A stretch of 64,000 nucleotides of DNA from Felis catus (taxonomy: Eukaryota), in the NCBI RefSeq assembly GCF_018350175.1, contig NC_058368.1, positions 216,754,001 through 216,818,000 of the forward strand, given 5' to 3'. The notes beneath the pieces are model-generated. The model was given only the letters and a program-made list of their open reading frames with translations. It did no database searches and was not told the DNA's origin. Positions within the stretch are counted from its first letter, which is position 1; each line of letters begins with the position of its first letter. This document shows, piece after piece, positions 37,867 through 52,014 of this stretch. Position numbers and translations under genes: made by a program.

Positions 37867-37939
37867 AGCATGAATAATTGATCCATTGCAATAGGACTTT
37901 ACACAAAGAGGGAAAGGAGATAAATGGTGGGGGGGGGGA

Positions 37940-38640
37940 GGGGGAATCCCTGTACTAAAGAATTTCTTAATCTCCAATGATGAAGGCTCATATATTCCTT
38001 CACAGCAAAAGGAAAAACTTCACGTTTAAATGTACTTCTGTGTGCTTACTAAATGCAGAGATCCTAGAAACATTGCTCACAGGACTCTTTAGACAAGGGA
38101 TTGATTGCAGGCTAGGAAAATAGAAGACACGCCTGAAGAATAGAACAGCCGCAGAAAATTAGGAAACATTCAAAACAGAACACGGCATGTTGTAAGTGCA
38201 AAAGAACCAGGATAAAAGAACTCCCAGAGGTCAAAGCTAAAATGATTTCAACAGAAATATAAATAGCAATAGCATTGGATTATAACCCATCAAATAAAAT
38301 AAATACCCATAAAACCATACTGTTATCTATAAATAAATGAATGAATACAGGCACAGGGAAGCGACAGCTCTCCCTTGTGGAAGAATTCCACTCAACGTGA
38401 AAGGAATGTGGAAAGCAGAATTCTGCCATCAGGCACCACGATCATAGTTGTTACAGGACCAAAACATGAAGAGACTGAAAGCTATGTGCATCATCTCAAA
38501 TCGTTTCCTCCAAAATACTTGTTAGTTTCAGAGGGAAAAATGGTCAGGTTGCAGTGGAAGAAGCCAGCCAACCTGTACTGGAATGAACTGGAGGGGGTTG
38601 ATGGCATATAAAAGACATTTGGTAGGAAAACAAGTCATTA
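37940..38640 (+). mobile_element. L1MC-like 3'UTR fragments
   Basis: ggattataaccc...ataaataaatgaatgaata...acagctctcccttgtggaagaattcca. Boundaries approximate. Confidence 0.6.
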
Positions 38641-39013
38641 AATCTACATTACAATTGTAAGAAATATAAAAGTAAAAGCTTAAAAGGGGCCCAAGATTCG
38701 TGGGTTATAAAATGAGTATATTTTTCCTTAAGTAGCAGGGCTCTGATCTTTACGAGCAAGTCTATTGGTACCCTTTCAAAAAACTGTTGAATCAGGTAAG
38801 AGAATTTCCAAAGGGCTAAGGAAAGCATCAAATGTTGAATGGCTGATTATCTTACTCCCTGTCATTCTACTAAAGTTATGCAAAATTATTCTTGATCTTA
38901 TTTGTTAGTAAAATGAGCTGAGGTAGCCCAAATGAAAAATCAAGTATACTTCCTATCTGTAGAAACCTGACCATTGAATAGCTATGTAATTTTACTCAAT
39001 TTTAAAAAGTGAT

Positions 39014-39225
39014 GGGGTGCCTGGGTGGCTCAGTCGGTTAAGCGTCCAACTTTAGCTCAGGTCACGATCTCGCGGTCCGTGAGTTCGAGCCACGTGTCGG
39101 GCTCTGGGCTGATGGCTCAGAGCCTGGAGCCTGCTTCCGATTCTGTGTCTCCCTCTCTCTCTGCCCCTCCCCCATTCATGCTTTGTCTCTCTCTGTCTCA
39201 AAAATAAATAAACGTTAAAAAAATT

Positions 39226-39262
<37 letters not shown>
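39014..39262 (+). mobile_element. Can-SINE with (TAAA)n tail
   Basis: TSD taaaaagtga at 39003-39012 and 39263-39272. Confidence 0.96.
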
Positions 39263-39265
<3 letters not shown>

Positions 39266-39274
39266 AAAGTGACC

Positions 39275-39497
39275 GGGGATGCCTGGGTGGCTCAGTCTGT
39301 TCAACGTCTGACTTCAGCTCAGGTAGTGATTTTATGGTTTGTGAGCGTGAGCCCCACATCAGGCTTTGTGCAGACAGTTCAGAGCCTACTTGGGATTCTC
39401 TGTCTCCCTCTCTCCCTGACCCTCCCCTGTTCGCATACTCTCTTTCTCTCCCTCTCTCTCTCTCAAAAATAAAAAGACGTTAAAAAATAAAATAAAA
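39275..39497 (+). mobile_element. Can-SINE (tandem, older)
   Basis: Second head ggggatgcctgggtggctcag directly after the TSD of the first copy. Confidence 0.94.
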
Positions 39498-41294
39498 TGT
39501 GAGGGACAGCCGTTTGTTTTCTTCCTTTAAATACATACAAAGTTCAATGAATAGGCCCAAACTTGCTGGAAAACCTGTGAAATGTTTAGCTACCTTAGAG
39601 ATGAGCACCACATGTTTGGGTCTTAAGTTGGGAGTAAATGCTTCAGGGTTTTTCTTCTTGCGCAGCAATCCTACTGCAACCCGCTAGGTCAATCAGGTAT
39701 TCTATGAAGTGACAGAACCAAATCTTAGAATGGGTTTGAGAGCTTTGGCATGAGGCAAGCAGAGGATTTCATCTTAACATTGAACCATTTACCTTTTCCC
39801 CCAGCTAGGGATCTATTTCTCCTAATTTTGCAAAGGTGTTAAATTCAATCTCATTATGGTATAAATCTATTTCAAAGTATATCATACCTCTTCTTATATA
39901 CTACAAATATTTTACCTGTGATTCCTGGCCATTTCTGTAAAAGTGAACTGCATTTCCTGCTTTGCAAAATCTTGGATCATATTTCCTCTGCATGTGATAA
40001 ACCCTCAATTTTACCTTTCCTATCAACAGAATATGATGTTATTAATAATATAGTAGACGCCATAATATCTCAATCATATCAAAGAAGAAACAGGCAGGCA
40101 TTGAATTATTTTGGAGTCCAAGAATGACTTGGCATAGGATGTAGCCAGAAGGAAACATGTTAAATCATTTGACTGAAACTTGGATACCATAAAAACTGGC
40201 ATGGAGGCGCTTTAAGTCAAGCTGATCTTGGTTTATTTGCTGTGGCTAAAGGAAGCCTTTTCTTACGTTCATAAAACCAATGGAATACATAATTAAATAT
40301 GGACATTTAATTTGTGCTCATAATAAGGAATTTGATAAATTATAAAGTTATCTTTAGTTTTAAAACTCTGATGTGACACTATTTCATTTAAATACGAAAT
40401 GTACAAATATGTGTACATATACACATATATGTGCATGGAGAAATACAGATTATGTAATTTTACGGTATGGATATTTATTCTTTTTTCTGAAAATGGCCAG
40501 GACACCCTCCTCAATCCTAGTGTCTACTTCCACTGCATCTGTGTTTGAAGCCTCACAGTGCAATGGGCCACTGCTCTTATCTTTCAAAAAACATTGATCC
40601 GGTCCATCTAGTATGTGTGTTTTCTTATCTATTGCCTTTGCTCATTCACCTAATCCTCATAATAATCCCTTTTCTATAGGTATAACAGACGTCAACACAT
40701 TGTGCAGATGATGAAAGTAAGAGCCCTATAATAGTAAAATTTAGTTTTCAAAGTCAAATAGGAAGATTTTAGCCTAAGAGGTAATTGGGCTAAAGCCCAA
40801 GATATAACTGGTCCAAGCCCAGTATAATTATAGAATTTCTCACTCAATCATTATGCCCACAGATGCAAGTTTCTTTAGCCTGCAGTGTGGTTCATATTTT
40901 TAATTATCCAAATAATGTCAAAATCTCTAACTCTCCTCTTATACCCTGTCACTAGGCACACACCAAAACCAGAATACTGCCTACATGTTCTACATCAATG
41001 ATTGGTTTATATAGAGCCAGGACTATATTTGTAGAAATTTCTGCATTAGACACAAAGAGTGAACTGATTCAAGATATGTCTGGGAAAGTTGAGAGTCAAC
41101 TCTCTGAGGAGCTCAAGGCAGAATTGAAAAAGTGGTAAAATCAAAGACCAGCAATGAAACTGATGTGAAAGTATGCTGTGAACATTTGAAAGTGAGGACT
41201 AGCAAAATGGTAGATCAGGTTTCAGAAGATGGATTTCAACAGAAGTTGCCTCATGTAATAGTTAATGCTTACCAGCATGTTCTTTGATGTACAA

Positions 41295-41757
41295 TGTCGT
41301 GTGATAACACCTCCCAAAGATACATCCGTAGCCTAACACCTGAAAACTATGGTTTTTATCTTACACAGTACACTTTTGAGAAATGTGACTAAATTAAGGA
41401 TTTTGACATGAGATTATCTTGGATTATCCTGGTGACCTCTCTATCTAATCACACATAATCTTATAAAAGAGAAGCAGACAAATGTTTGATCCACACAGAA
41501 GAGGAGGAGGCAAAGTGACCATGAAGTCAGGCTTTGGAGAGATGCAGCCACAAGCTAAGGTAAGCCAATGCCCACTAGCAGGCACCAGAAGCTAGAAGAG
41601 GCAAGAAACAGATTCTCCCTGACAGCATATGGAGGAAGCATGGCCTTGCCCACACCTTGATTTTGAGCAGCTGGCCTCCAGAAATGTGAGAAAATAAATT
41701 TCTATTTGTTAAGCCGTCAATTCTATGATAATTTGTTAGCCACAGAAAACTAATACA
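41295..41757 (+). mobile_element. MLT1 (C/D-like) solo LTR
   Basis: gagattatcttggattatcc...gatgcagccacaagc...caccagaagctagaagaggcaag...aaactaataca. Confidence 0.88.
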
Positions 41758-42082
41758 TTCTCCGTCATGTTCTTTAGACACTGCACTTGGTCCTTGAGGT
41801 GATGGCATCTTCCTACAGTGCAGAATGTAGTGACAGTGGAAGGAGAGAAGGCATTGCAAAATGGTGTCATTTTGGAGTGAATACCATTATGTTAATAGAG
41901 TGAGTTTTATGTTTTTAGTTATAGATGTACTTTGTTGACTACAAATCCAATTGTGCATTAGTTGTTTAATATACTATTTTAGTACATTTGACTAATTCCA
42001 TCAGTGCACAAAGGTAGGTAGATCCTGAGAAGGACTGGTGTGTGTAATGCTCCCAAACTTGTTGGAAAATAAAATTGGTCAT

Positions 42083-42561
42083 TGTAGTAGGCTAAATTAT
42101 CCCCCCACCCAAAGTACATCTATGTTCTAATCCCAAAAACCTGAAAATATCATTTACATGGCAAAAGAGTGAATATTACCTTACAAGACAAAATATGTGA
42201 ATCAATTAAAGATTAAGAAAAGTATTATTCTGGATTATTGGGGAGGGCCCTAAATGCAATCACCTATACCCTTGTAAGAGAGAGACAGAATTTGAAGACA
42301 GGCGCAGAGAGGAGAAGGCAATGTGAACATGGAAGCAGAGATTGGAACAATTCAGCCACAAATCAAGAAGGCACTTCTTGATTGCTGTTAGCAATCAAAA
42401 GGTGGAAGAGACAATTAAGACAATTAATATATTCTCTCCCAGAGTCCACAAAGGGAGCATAGCCCTGCTGGGTTTGGGACTTCTAGCTTGTGTGAGAGAA
42501 TATATTTCTGTTGATTAACCACTAAATGTATTTTGCTATAACAACCACAGGAAACTAATAC
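42083..42561 (+). mobile_element. MLT1 (C/D-like) solo LTR
   Basis: Starts tgtagtaggctaaattat and ends caggaaactaataca. Confidence 0.88.
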
Positions 42562-45014
42562 AGTCATAACAGGAAAAGGTAGTGGCTTAGCCATAGAAGT
42601 GGAGTATCATTTGGTGTAAGGAATGTCAAAGGGGCCATTGTGAATAATTGTCCAATGCAGACTGTAAAAAGTCGTTACTTTGGTGACTGATTTCACCACA
42701 AAAATGATTCATGAGGATATTTTGGAATGCATCACATTATGCCAAATATCATATTTCCTATTCTTGAGAATAGAGAAACTTGTCCACTCAAAAGTAAAAT
42801 AAACAAGAAAAAATAGCACATAACATCTCTAGATGTTGTTGAGTTTAACTAAGAATAAGCATATTTAAGATCAACTACCAATATGCATATGAAAGCTACT
42901 GTTACAGAGCCATTTTCCTAAGGTGAAGGCCTAGGTCATAAAGATTGAGCAGATAAGGTAAGGAAAGCTAATTAAGAAAATATTGTTTGCTATTCTTTTG
43001 TTTTATTTTGTATCATATACTTTTATATATTTTCACTTTCCTACACAAAAATATTTTGTAGTTTAATTTTTAATGCACATGGAATAGCAGATGGTAAAGA
43101 GATTTAACCATGCTTTTCATATTGATTAATTAGAGTTTTAAAATCAATATAATCTTAAATAATGGTGTGGTAAACCCAAGTGACATACCCATACTTCTAT
43201 ATTTTTCATAATATTTCCAAAGGGCAAATTTTTTATGACTTTCATACTTGTTCTTTTGTTATATTTTATAAAATAGCATGTTGAGAATACATATCATCTA
43301 CCTTCAACTCTTTAACATTAAGATTATTACTAGTTTGTAATAGACATAAAATGCTGTCTTTTGTATTAACGTATGCCATTTACAATTATAAGCAGATTTT
43401 TTTTATTTACTCAAGAATAAATAATTTGAATTGAAGAGAATTTTACCATATAGAACAAGGCTGGCATGGTCAAAATAAAGAAATAATAATCTGAGTCTCA
43501 ACCAAAGAAAAAGTATTCTTTGGACAAATGGTCCTGAAAATATGGCTGGTCCTGAAAATATGAGATGTACCTTCTCAGCAGTTTGTTTCTTACTTTACAC
43601 CCATTTTTTAGCTAATGCTTTTCCATCTCTAGCTGGAATGTTATCTTACATAATAAGAACACAAGGATATCTTAGTATCTGACTCTCACAGTTGTAGTAA
43701 ATTCTAGGCAAAAAGTGTCAATATCGTCTTTACCAGAGACTTTAATTCTTACTATTAAGCTAAACTTCATGCCGAAGTAGCATTTTCCCATTGTTCTTCA
43801 TGAAAAAATCCACAAGAATGCAACATGGCTCTCTAATAATTCTTATTATATGATAGGGCAAAGCTAAATCACTTCTTTTGAAGAACATTCATTATTATGG
43901 ATAATATACAAGTCGATAGAAAATGTGTATAGCTAAATTAAAGTCTTTCCTTTTCCATGATCAGCTGCTATCAAACAAATCCATAATGCTAAGCAAAGTA
44001 AAATAACTTGTGCACTTTCCAGTTGCATTTTCAAAACTTGTCTAGAAAACATTTTGACATCTAAACTTACATACTATAGTCTTAATTTTCACAACCAGTT
44101 TTTAGCAAGATTGCAATGTCCCCCATATATATCTGTATGTGTATTTGTATATATATAAAGATTGAGAATTTTTTAAAGTTTTCTTTAAGAATAGAAATAT
44201 CACTTAGAGCACGATGTCAATTTTTATTGAAATGGTGGTCTTTTTGATATATAACGCAGATGTATTCAACCTACTAAATCGTGTACCATCTGAAAATGCA
44301 CAGCATTATTTATTTTGATTACTAATTCAAAACCACCTTGTGTATGAACAGATGTTTGCTCCTTTTTGCCAAGCAATTAAAAAATATTGGTACTGCTGAG
44401 TTTTGCACCTGATTGAAAAGATGAACAAAGTGTTTGTCAAGATTTATAACACTTGAAAAAAAAAAGATTCATAACACTTGAAAAGTGGCCATTGATTGCA
44501 ATAATCCTCACAGAACAAGGTTATTCAAATGTATCCCATAGCACTCTTCAAAAACAAACGTACAAACACAAACAGATTACTAAAACTTAGTGGTGAGTAG
44601 AGCCCAGTTACAAACTTTTTCTTTACGTTGCTAAGTGATCGTAAGTACAAGAAGTAGAAATGAGAGTCCCAGTTGTGGTCAACTATCACAAACTTTATAG
44701 TACCTGAGAAATTTTGAAGACATAATGCATCATTTGATATGAGTATCAGCTTCCTCACTGAAATATCTGGAATCACTAACCACAGGTACATTTAGATATA
44801 CTTGTTTGCTTTTAAAATATTTAATTAAATGTCAACATATTAACGTTTCTCTTCTTAATGGGAAATAGCAAGCAAGGATAATATTGAAGTAAAGAGAACA
44901 AAGGGGTATTTATATTATGAAAAATATTTATATATTGTATATGTTCTATTATAACAAAAATATTTTTCTATATTGGAATTGCAGTGCTAATCCAATAAAA
45001 TAAAAATGAATTAA

Positions 45015-45205
45015 TTTTTTAAAGTTTATTTATGTTGAGAGAGAACATACGCACATGAGTGGGGAAGGGGCAGAGAGAGAGAAGGAGAGAGAATCCCAAC
45101 CAGGTTCCGACACAGAGCCCGATGTGGAGCCTGAACTCACAAACCGTGAGATCATGACCTGAGCTGAAATCAGACGCTTAAAGGACTGAGACACCCAGAC
45201 ACCCC
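45015..45205 (-). mobile_element. Can-SINE
   Basis: TSD aaaaatgaattaattt / aaaagtgaattaattt. Confidence 0.93.
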
Positions 45206-45504
45206 AAAAAGTGAATTAATTTCTTGCAGTGTTGGACAAATTGCAGGCTAATAAGACTATGCTATAGTCTGAAATAATATTTTCATCTTTCTATATTTTA
45301 GAACACTAGTAATTTGCCTCAGTTATGCTACTGTTTTTATAAGACTTGTTACACGACTCAGAATTTCAGCATGTTTTCAAATCATTTTCATGATAATTAT
45401 ATACACCTATATATGTATGTGTATATGCATACAGCATATGGGTAAGTACAAATATATCAGCATAAATATGTCTTAGTTGTACTAATATTGATATATAATA
45501 TGTA

Positions 45505-45950
45505 TGTAATTCCTTCATTTGTTTTTCAAAAATATCTATTGATTGCCTTCTAAATGTCAGGCAGGATTGTGGGTTCCAGGAATACAGTTTCCATGGTTGT
45601 TTCAGTGAAGAAAAACAGGAAATAAATATTTAGCACAACATGAGGTAATGATAAAAGATGCAAAGAAAGTAAACAAGAATGAGAGAAGCAAGAGCAATGG
45701 CAGAAAGTAGGGCGTTCTTTTGACAGATGGTCACAAAAGAGACATTTGATGAGGGGAACCTTGAGTAGAGATAAAACAGAGACAGTTAAAAAGTAATCTA
45801 CATGAGCGTCCAGCAGGAGGTCTTCAGAGGAAGGATTGACAACTGTGAATGTCTGAGGCTGCACACTTCCAAGCACGCGAGTGTGAGAAGGAAGCCAAAC
45901 AGAGCACTGTAAACAGGGGGAGTGCTATGTGAGGTGAGGTTGGAAAAACA
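45505..45950 (-). mobile_element. L2 LINE 3' fragment
   Basis: ttcatttg...aaaatatctattgattgccttctaaatgtcaggca is an antisense L2 3' end. Confidence 0.7.
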
Positions 45951-46329
45951 TTCACAAGTAAACTCGTGGTAGTTTTCTAGACCGCTAAATAAATGCAGCT
46001 CTCTTCTCTCCAGTCCTATGTCCTACAAACTCCTTCCTTAATCCACCTGAAACTTCAACTCCACCGCCTAAATTCTGGGAGACTTAGTGTTTGTTTCTTC
46101 TCCCCTTCCATATGTTAAGACCTGGAAACTCTGAGGACCATTGAGGCTCACTTTGCTTTGCGGGGTTTTATTTTCCTTCTCACCTCCCAGGGATTGATGC
46201 CCTTCGTAGACTGATGTGTCCTTACTTGAAAACTATTGTTCCATGTGTATTGTCAAATTAAACATAAATGTTTCAGGTGGAAGGGTAAATCCAAACTTAT
46301 AACTCTATTTTGCTCAGTATCAGAACTTG

Positions 46330-48240
46330 AACTACATTGGAAATACCAGCAGCAACCCACTGTAAAATGAAAAATTAAAAAGTCTAATGAACATCAAAAA
46401 ACGTAAAGTAATTAGGAAAAATTTTAACAAATGTATGCAAAATGCTTATGCTTAAATAGCACAAAATATTACTGACAAAAAATAAAGCCAAATAAGTTGA
46501 GAGGTAAATTTGCATGTATATGGAAGGCTCAGTATTATGTCATTGTTTCCTAATTTACTATATAGATTATTGTAATCCCAATACCATTCCCAGCAGATAT
46601 TTTTTGGTAGACATTGACCAGCTGATTCTGAAACATATGTGGAAATTCAAAGAAGATAAAACATACAACATGATGTTCCGAAAGGACATATTTGAGTAAG
46701 GCAGACTAACTGATTTCTAGCCTTATATAAAGATACAGAAAATTAGAGTGATATTGGCATAAAAATTGACAAATTGAAGAATGAAGTAGAATAAAGAGAC
46801 CATAAATAGTCCCACACTTCTCTATTTGATTTGTGACATAAATAAAGTTGTTTTTTTTTTAATTTTCTCCAAGCAACCCAATGAGGAAATAAATGTGTTT
46901 AAAAAATGGTGTTGGAACAGTTGGATAGCCATATATGACAAAAATGAACTTTGAATTCTGCTTTACATCATACATAAAAGTTAATTTGATGAAGATCTTA
47001 AATTAAAATGTGAACTAAAATTGTAATTTTAAAACCGTAGAAGATCTTTGCAAATTGGGCATCACAAAAGTTTTGTTTTTATTCATAAGTGAGATAAAAA
47101 ATAGACCACATCAAAAGAAAACAAAATCCAAAAATATTGTTAACCCAATTAAAAAGTCAGCCACAGACTAAGGAAAATATTTTAAAAATATACATCTGAC
47201 AAAAGATTGTTACTCCAGATATACTTAACAAAAAACCCCAACAGCCTAATAAAACAAGTGAGAGACTGGAGACACTTCACAAAGAAGATCTATGAATGGA
47301 CAGCAAAGCATAAGCGTACAAAAATATTCAGCACCATTTATCTTATTGGAACAGTAAATTAGGTAATAATGAGATGCCAGTGTATATCCACGAAATAATT
47401 ACAATTATGGAGTCTGACAATACAAAATGTTAGCAAGAATTTGGAACAATGTGTTTACTCTTCACTTCCATGTAAAAATCTCTGCCAGTTTCTTATAAAC
47501 TAAGGAAAAACAAACCATCCTTTGACTCCACAATTCCTCTCTTAACTCTCACCCTAAGTAAATAATTTTTAATAATAGCTTTGTTAATATCAGTCACAAC
47601 TGGATGTATGGAATTGGTAAGCAAAATCTGACATTTTATATAATGGAACACTGTTAATCATTTAAAAAAATAACTTTCAATTCACACAACATATAAATCT
47701 CAAAAGAAAGCTAATGAACAAACATTTATGCAAAGAGCATATAATGTATGAACCTATTTATATTAAATTCTAAAAGAAGCAGAACTAATCTATGGTGGAA
47801 AAATCCCAACAGTGGTTGTTTCTGTGTTTGGGAGTGAGGAATGAGCCTGAGGGAATTTTCTGGGGTGTTGATAATTGGCTTTGCCTTGATAGTGTTTTGG
47901 GTTAGGCAAGTGTATGTATTTATGAGAATTTACCTAATGAAACACTTAAGTTTTTGCATGCCATTGTATTTAATTTTAGATAAAAAAAATTAAATCTATA
48001 TACAAGAATGAACTTTACTTAATTATATGTGTAGTGAAATATTTTGGGTTAAGTGTCTTGATATCTGCCATTTGTTTTGAAATACATAGCATAGTAAGAT
48101 AAATGATGGATATGTAGTGTGGTAAATGGATAGATATGTGAGAAAATTTAGTAATATATTTATTTAATATAATAAAGTATTTGTAAGTTTATTTCAACTT
48201 TACTGTATGCTTGATAATTTTCATAATTAATTGCTGAGGT
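46330..48240 (+). mobile_element. Old L1 (L1M-type) ORF2 3' half plus 3'UTR, decayed
   Basis: ccagctgattctgaaa, aaatggtgttggaacagttggatagcc, catctgacaaaaga, gacacttcacaaagaaga, aactaatctatggtg. Confidence 0.85.
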
Positions 48241-48779
48241 AAAAAAGCATAACAAGCAACAATCACAATTGAAGATTATGTTAGACATCAATAAATAGTT
48301 TCATTTGTATTGTGAATAAAATGGGATTATTCTCCTCCACCTCCTTCTTTATTGCTCTCCCAAACAAACATCCAAAACTTATAAATACTTCCATCAATTC
48401 ATTGGAATATAATAAATATGTCTTTGTGTGCAGCACATTTGTGTGTGTGTGTGTGTGTGCGTGTGTGTGCAATTATTCTAAGGTATGTCAGATGAATGAC
48501 AGGCATTGGTAAAGTAACATACAATATATTTTTTAATACTTACAATTAAAATAGCTTTTACTTTGTAGAAAGAAAATATAACCTGTCGGGTCTTCCGTTT
48601 TTAAGATTTTATTTTTTACCAAAACTCTCAAACAATGTATAAGTGACTCATTACTTTTACATTTTTCATGGTAAGGCTTAAATTTAGGAACACTTTAAAA
48701 ACCTCTAATTATATTAGAACATGATTCAAATAGTCTCAGTCTCTCTTCCACGTGTGAGAGCTATCTTTCAGATTATTTT

Positions 48780-48995
48780 TTTAAATTTTTTTTCAACGTT
48801 TATTTATTTTTTTGGGACAGAGAGAGACAGAGCATGAACGGGGGAGGGTCAGAGAGAGAGGGAGACACAGAATCAGAAACAGGTTCCAGGCTCAGCCATC
48901 AGCCCAGAGCCCGACGCGGGGCTCGAACTCCCGGACCGCGAGATTGTGACCTGGCTGAAGTCGGACGCTTAACCGACAGCGCCACCCAGGCACCC
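48780..48995 (-). mobile_element. Can-SINE (SINEC_Fc-like, young)
   Basis: TSD ctttcagattatttt at 48765-48779 and 48996-49010. Confidence 0.97.
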
Positions 48996-49083
48996 CTTTC
49001 AGATTATTTTAAAGACCACACACTATTATATATGGTCTATAGTAGGTTGTGTAATTATGATTCAATAAAATTACCAATTTTCT

Positions 49084-49319
49084 TTTAAGTGTATTTATTT
49101 ATTTTGACAGAGAGAGAGAGAGAGTGAGGGAAAGAGAGAGCGAGAGAGGGAGAACAGAGAGGGGAGGGGCAGAGAGAGGGGGAGAGAGAGAATCCCAAGC
49201 AGACTCCATACTGTCAGCACAGAGCCCTACATGGGGCTCTATCTCTTGAACTGCTATTCCATCACCTGAGCTGAGATCAAGAGTCAGATGCTTAACCAAC
49301 TGAGCCACTCAGGTGCCCC
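49084..49319 (-). mobile_element. Can-SINE
   Basis: TSD accaattttct on both sides. Confidence 0.94.
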
Positions 49320-52014
49320 AACCAATTTTCTATTCTAATGGCTCTTTTTGGCCTATTAAATAATTTGCTGGAGATAATTTGTCCTCAGACACAGTGTATC
49401 ATTATATTTAAGCATGCTTGCCTTCAATAATGGAAGTTATGTCTTCCAAAGGCAAATGTAAAGGTTAGAACTGAATGAGATATACTGTAGCTGGGGCATG
49501 GGTTAGGGAGCAAAGCTGGGAAATTCTACAAAAGTCAGAATTCATTTTCCATGGCATCATGAAAAAGGACTATCCTTTCTTCTCATTAAGTTAGCCCCCA
49601 TGTCTTCAATGTATGGAAGAATTTGAGTGTGAGCCAAACATGTTATCCCCACCCTATATCTTTATACATCTGCACAATAAACATCTGCACAACATGAATA
49701 GTCCAGGACTAATGTCACCCCAGTGACACTGCAGTCAGGAGAAAGTCTCCTGTTTCCTTCAGATTTTGGTAGATGGCTATCTCCCATCATTAGTTTCTAA
49801 TATTCTTATTTTTACACCTTTTTCTTTAAGATGATTTGAGTAAAATAAAGCAGTGATTGCTGGTTGCTACCAGGTAATCTGAGTCTCTAACCATTGGCTT
49901 CTGTGAAGGAGTTGTAGAATTGAATGACCAGTCCATCAGAAGTGGACACAGACCTTGCACACATCCGACATGAGCATCAAAATATGGTTCACTTGTTTTG
50001 AGAAAAAACGTACAATTACCTCTGCTCATAAAGTGCTTTGTCATATCTTACAACTTTGGTCAAGATAAACTTTAAAGATTTGTATTGAAAAGTCTACTAT
50101 GTGGAAAGTTCATGTAAAGTTTTCTGATTGCTTGAGATGGCAGAATTTTTCAACTTAAAAAAGAATATTTTAAGACATTAATAACTTCTATTTTGCAACA
50201 TTTTAGGAGAATATATTCCAAAGAGAAGGCAGCTTCATTATGATTTCTCCCTCATTTCTTTGAGGTGTATTTCCATAATTTAGAATACTTGGTTTTAGAC
50301 AATCAAACTCTTCTTTCAGAATTTCTTTTGATTTGCAAGTTCAGACTGACAGTCCAAAGAGCTGAAATGTGAATATTTTTCTAAATCCTCTATAAAAAAG
50401 AAAGCTATTGTCACTAAGTTGTATTCTAAAAAATGCAGAACTTTCACAATTATGTTGCTGAATGTGGTAGGTAGCTTATTCACCTGTCCTTGACATCCTA
50501 ATTTACATAATATGAGGCAGTTGTTCCTTATTTTATGCTAATGATTTGAGTTTACATCAGCCACAAAAAATCTCCCAATGTAGAGCAAGTACCACACATG
50601 TGCAACTTATTTATAGCCAAAATTTACTTAAGTCTAGAATATGTCAATGTCAAACCAATTTACAAAATATGAAATGGGGATGTAGAGAGATAAAGTAATA
50701 TTCCTCCAAAATCAGGCTACCGTTATGCTAGTATTAGATCTCATTTGTAGGGTGCCATCATTTAGAGAATTTATTCTTTAATGATAAATCATGTGTAACA
50801 CAAATAACCCCAGAAATTATGTCTACAAAGTTTTCTGTCATACACACCCAAATTCTGCACACTATATCTTTAAGAACGTTCATAGTTCGGAAAGAGTTTC
50901 CAAATAGTTCTTGGAGGTGCACACCTACATTATTTTTTTTTAAGAGTAATTTTGAAACCGCTGGTGCCCAACTCTTAGGCCATAGAAGCAATTTCTAATT
51001 CTCCCTCTTTAGAGCTTGTTTAATGATAGAAGAAATACATTAATAACAATAAATCAATAGTAATGCTGGTAAACTGAAAAGGAAAAAAAAACAGAGCAGT
51101 GAGAAAAAACTAGATTTAAAAAATATATATGTGTGTTTTAATTGAATTAAAATGGTTCTTAGAAATATGCAAGAGAATTTAAGTAAAATAGGTGTCTTTT
51201 GACAATGTGATTTTTCCCAATGGAATTCCTAAATTAATTCTTAAGATGAGAAACTGCAGTAGCTAGGGTCAGGAGAATAGTAACTAAGAAATTGGTAATT
51301 GCTCTTAGTTGGGACAAGTTGACACTGTGTTGATATTTGTAAATGAGGATTTATTAACGAGATTTTCCCCTTGAAAATTATTCAGCAAAAATAATATGAC
51401 ATGTAAAGAAAGAAAGATGTAATAAGAGTTAATGGTGAATAAATAAAACTTAAGTAAATATAACAAACATGATATATATGTACCTACGCACATATTTTTT
51501 TCTTACATTATGTACATTTCTACTTATCAGCATTCATATGACATCAGTGTACCATGTCAATATGCAAAATGACAGAACAATGGGTGAAGTAATGCCAACT
51601 GTAAGAAAATAAATTACATGTCAGTCCTGAAAAATATATAAAATGTCAAAAAAGGCAATCTATGTAATAATCAAGGGCACAGAATTATAAGACATAACAC
51701 ATGATAAATTTAATAAGAAAATGTTCTCAACGTAATGCATCCAGTATATACATTGAACTGTGAAACTAGTCTCTGTGTTTGACAAGAATCAATTGTTCAA
51801 CACCAGAATCCTGCAGCAACCCAGAATTTCATTTTTTCCCTGTTTTAGCCTAGGTATATGAAGACAGTAGCAACCTTAGGAAGATCAGGGATAGGAAACT
51901 CTTGGAAGTTGAGAAATAAAATTAGAATGCAGAGTATAGAATAAAATTAAATCCATGGTATTTTTCATGTTTAAAAATGGTTTATAATTCCAATTTTGTA
52001 ATCATGTCAATGGT

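Noticed and set aside
39003..39497. Tandem SINE pair as a second co-mobilised dimer
   Set aside because: The first copy has its own TSD, so these are sequential insertions.
41295..42561. Two MLT1 LTRs as one provirus
   Set aside because: They are only about 325 bp apart, clearly diverged, and I see no recognisable internal sequence; more likely independent solo LTRs.
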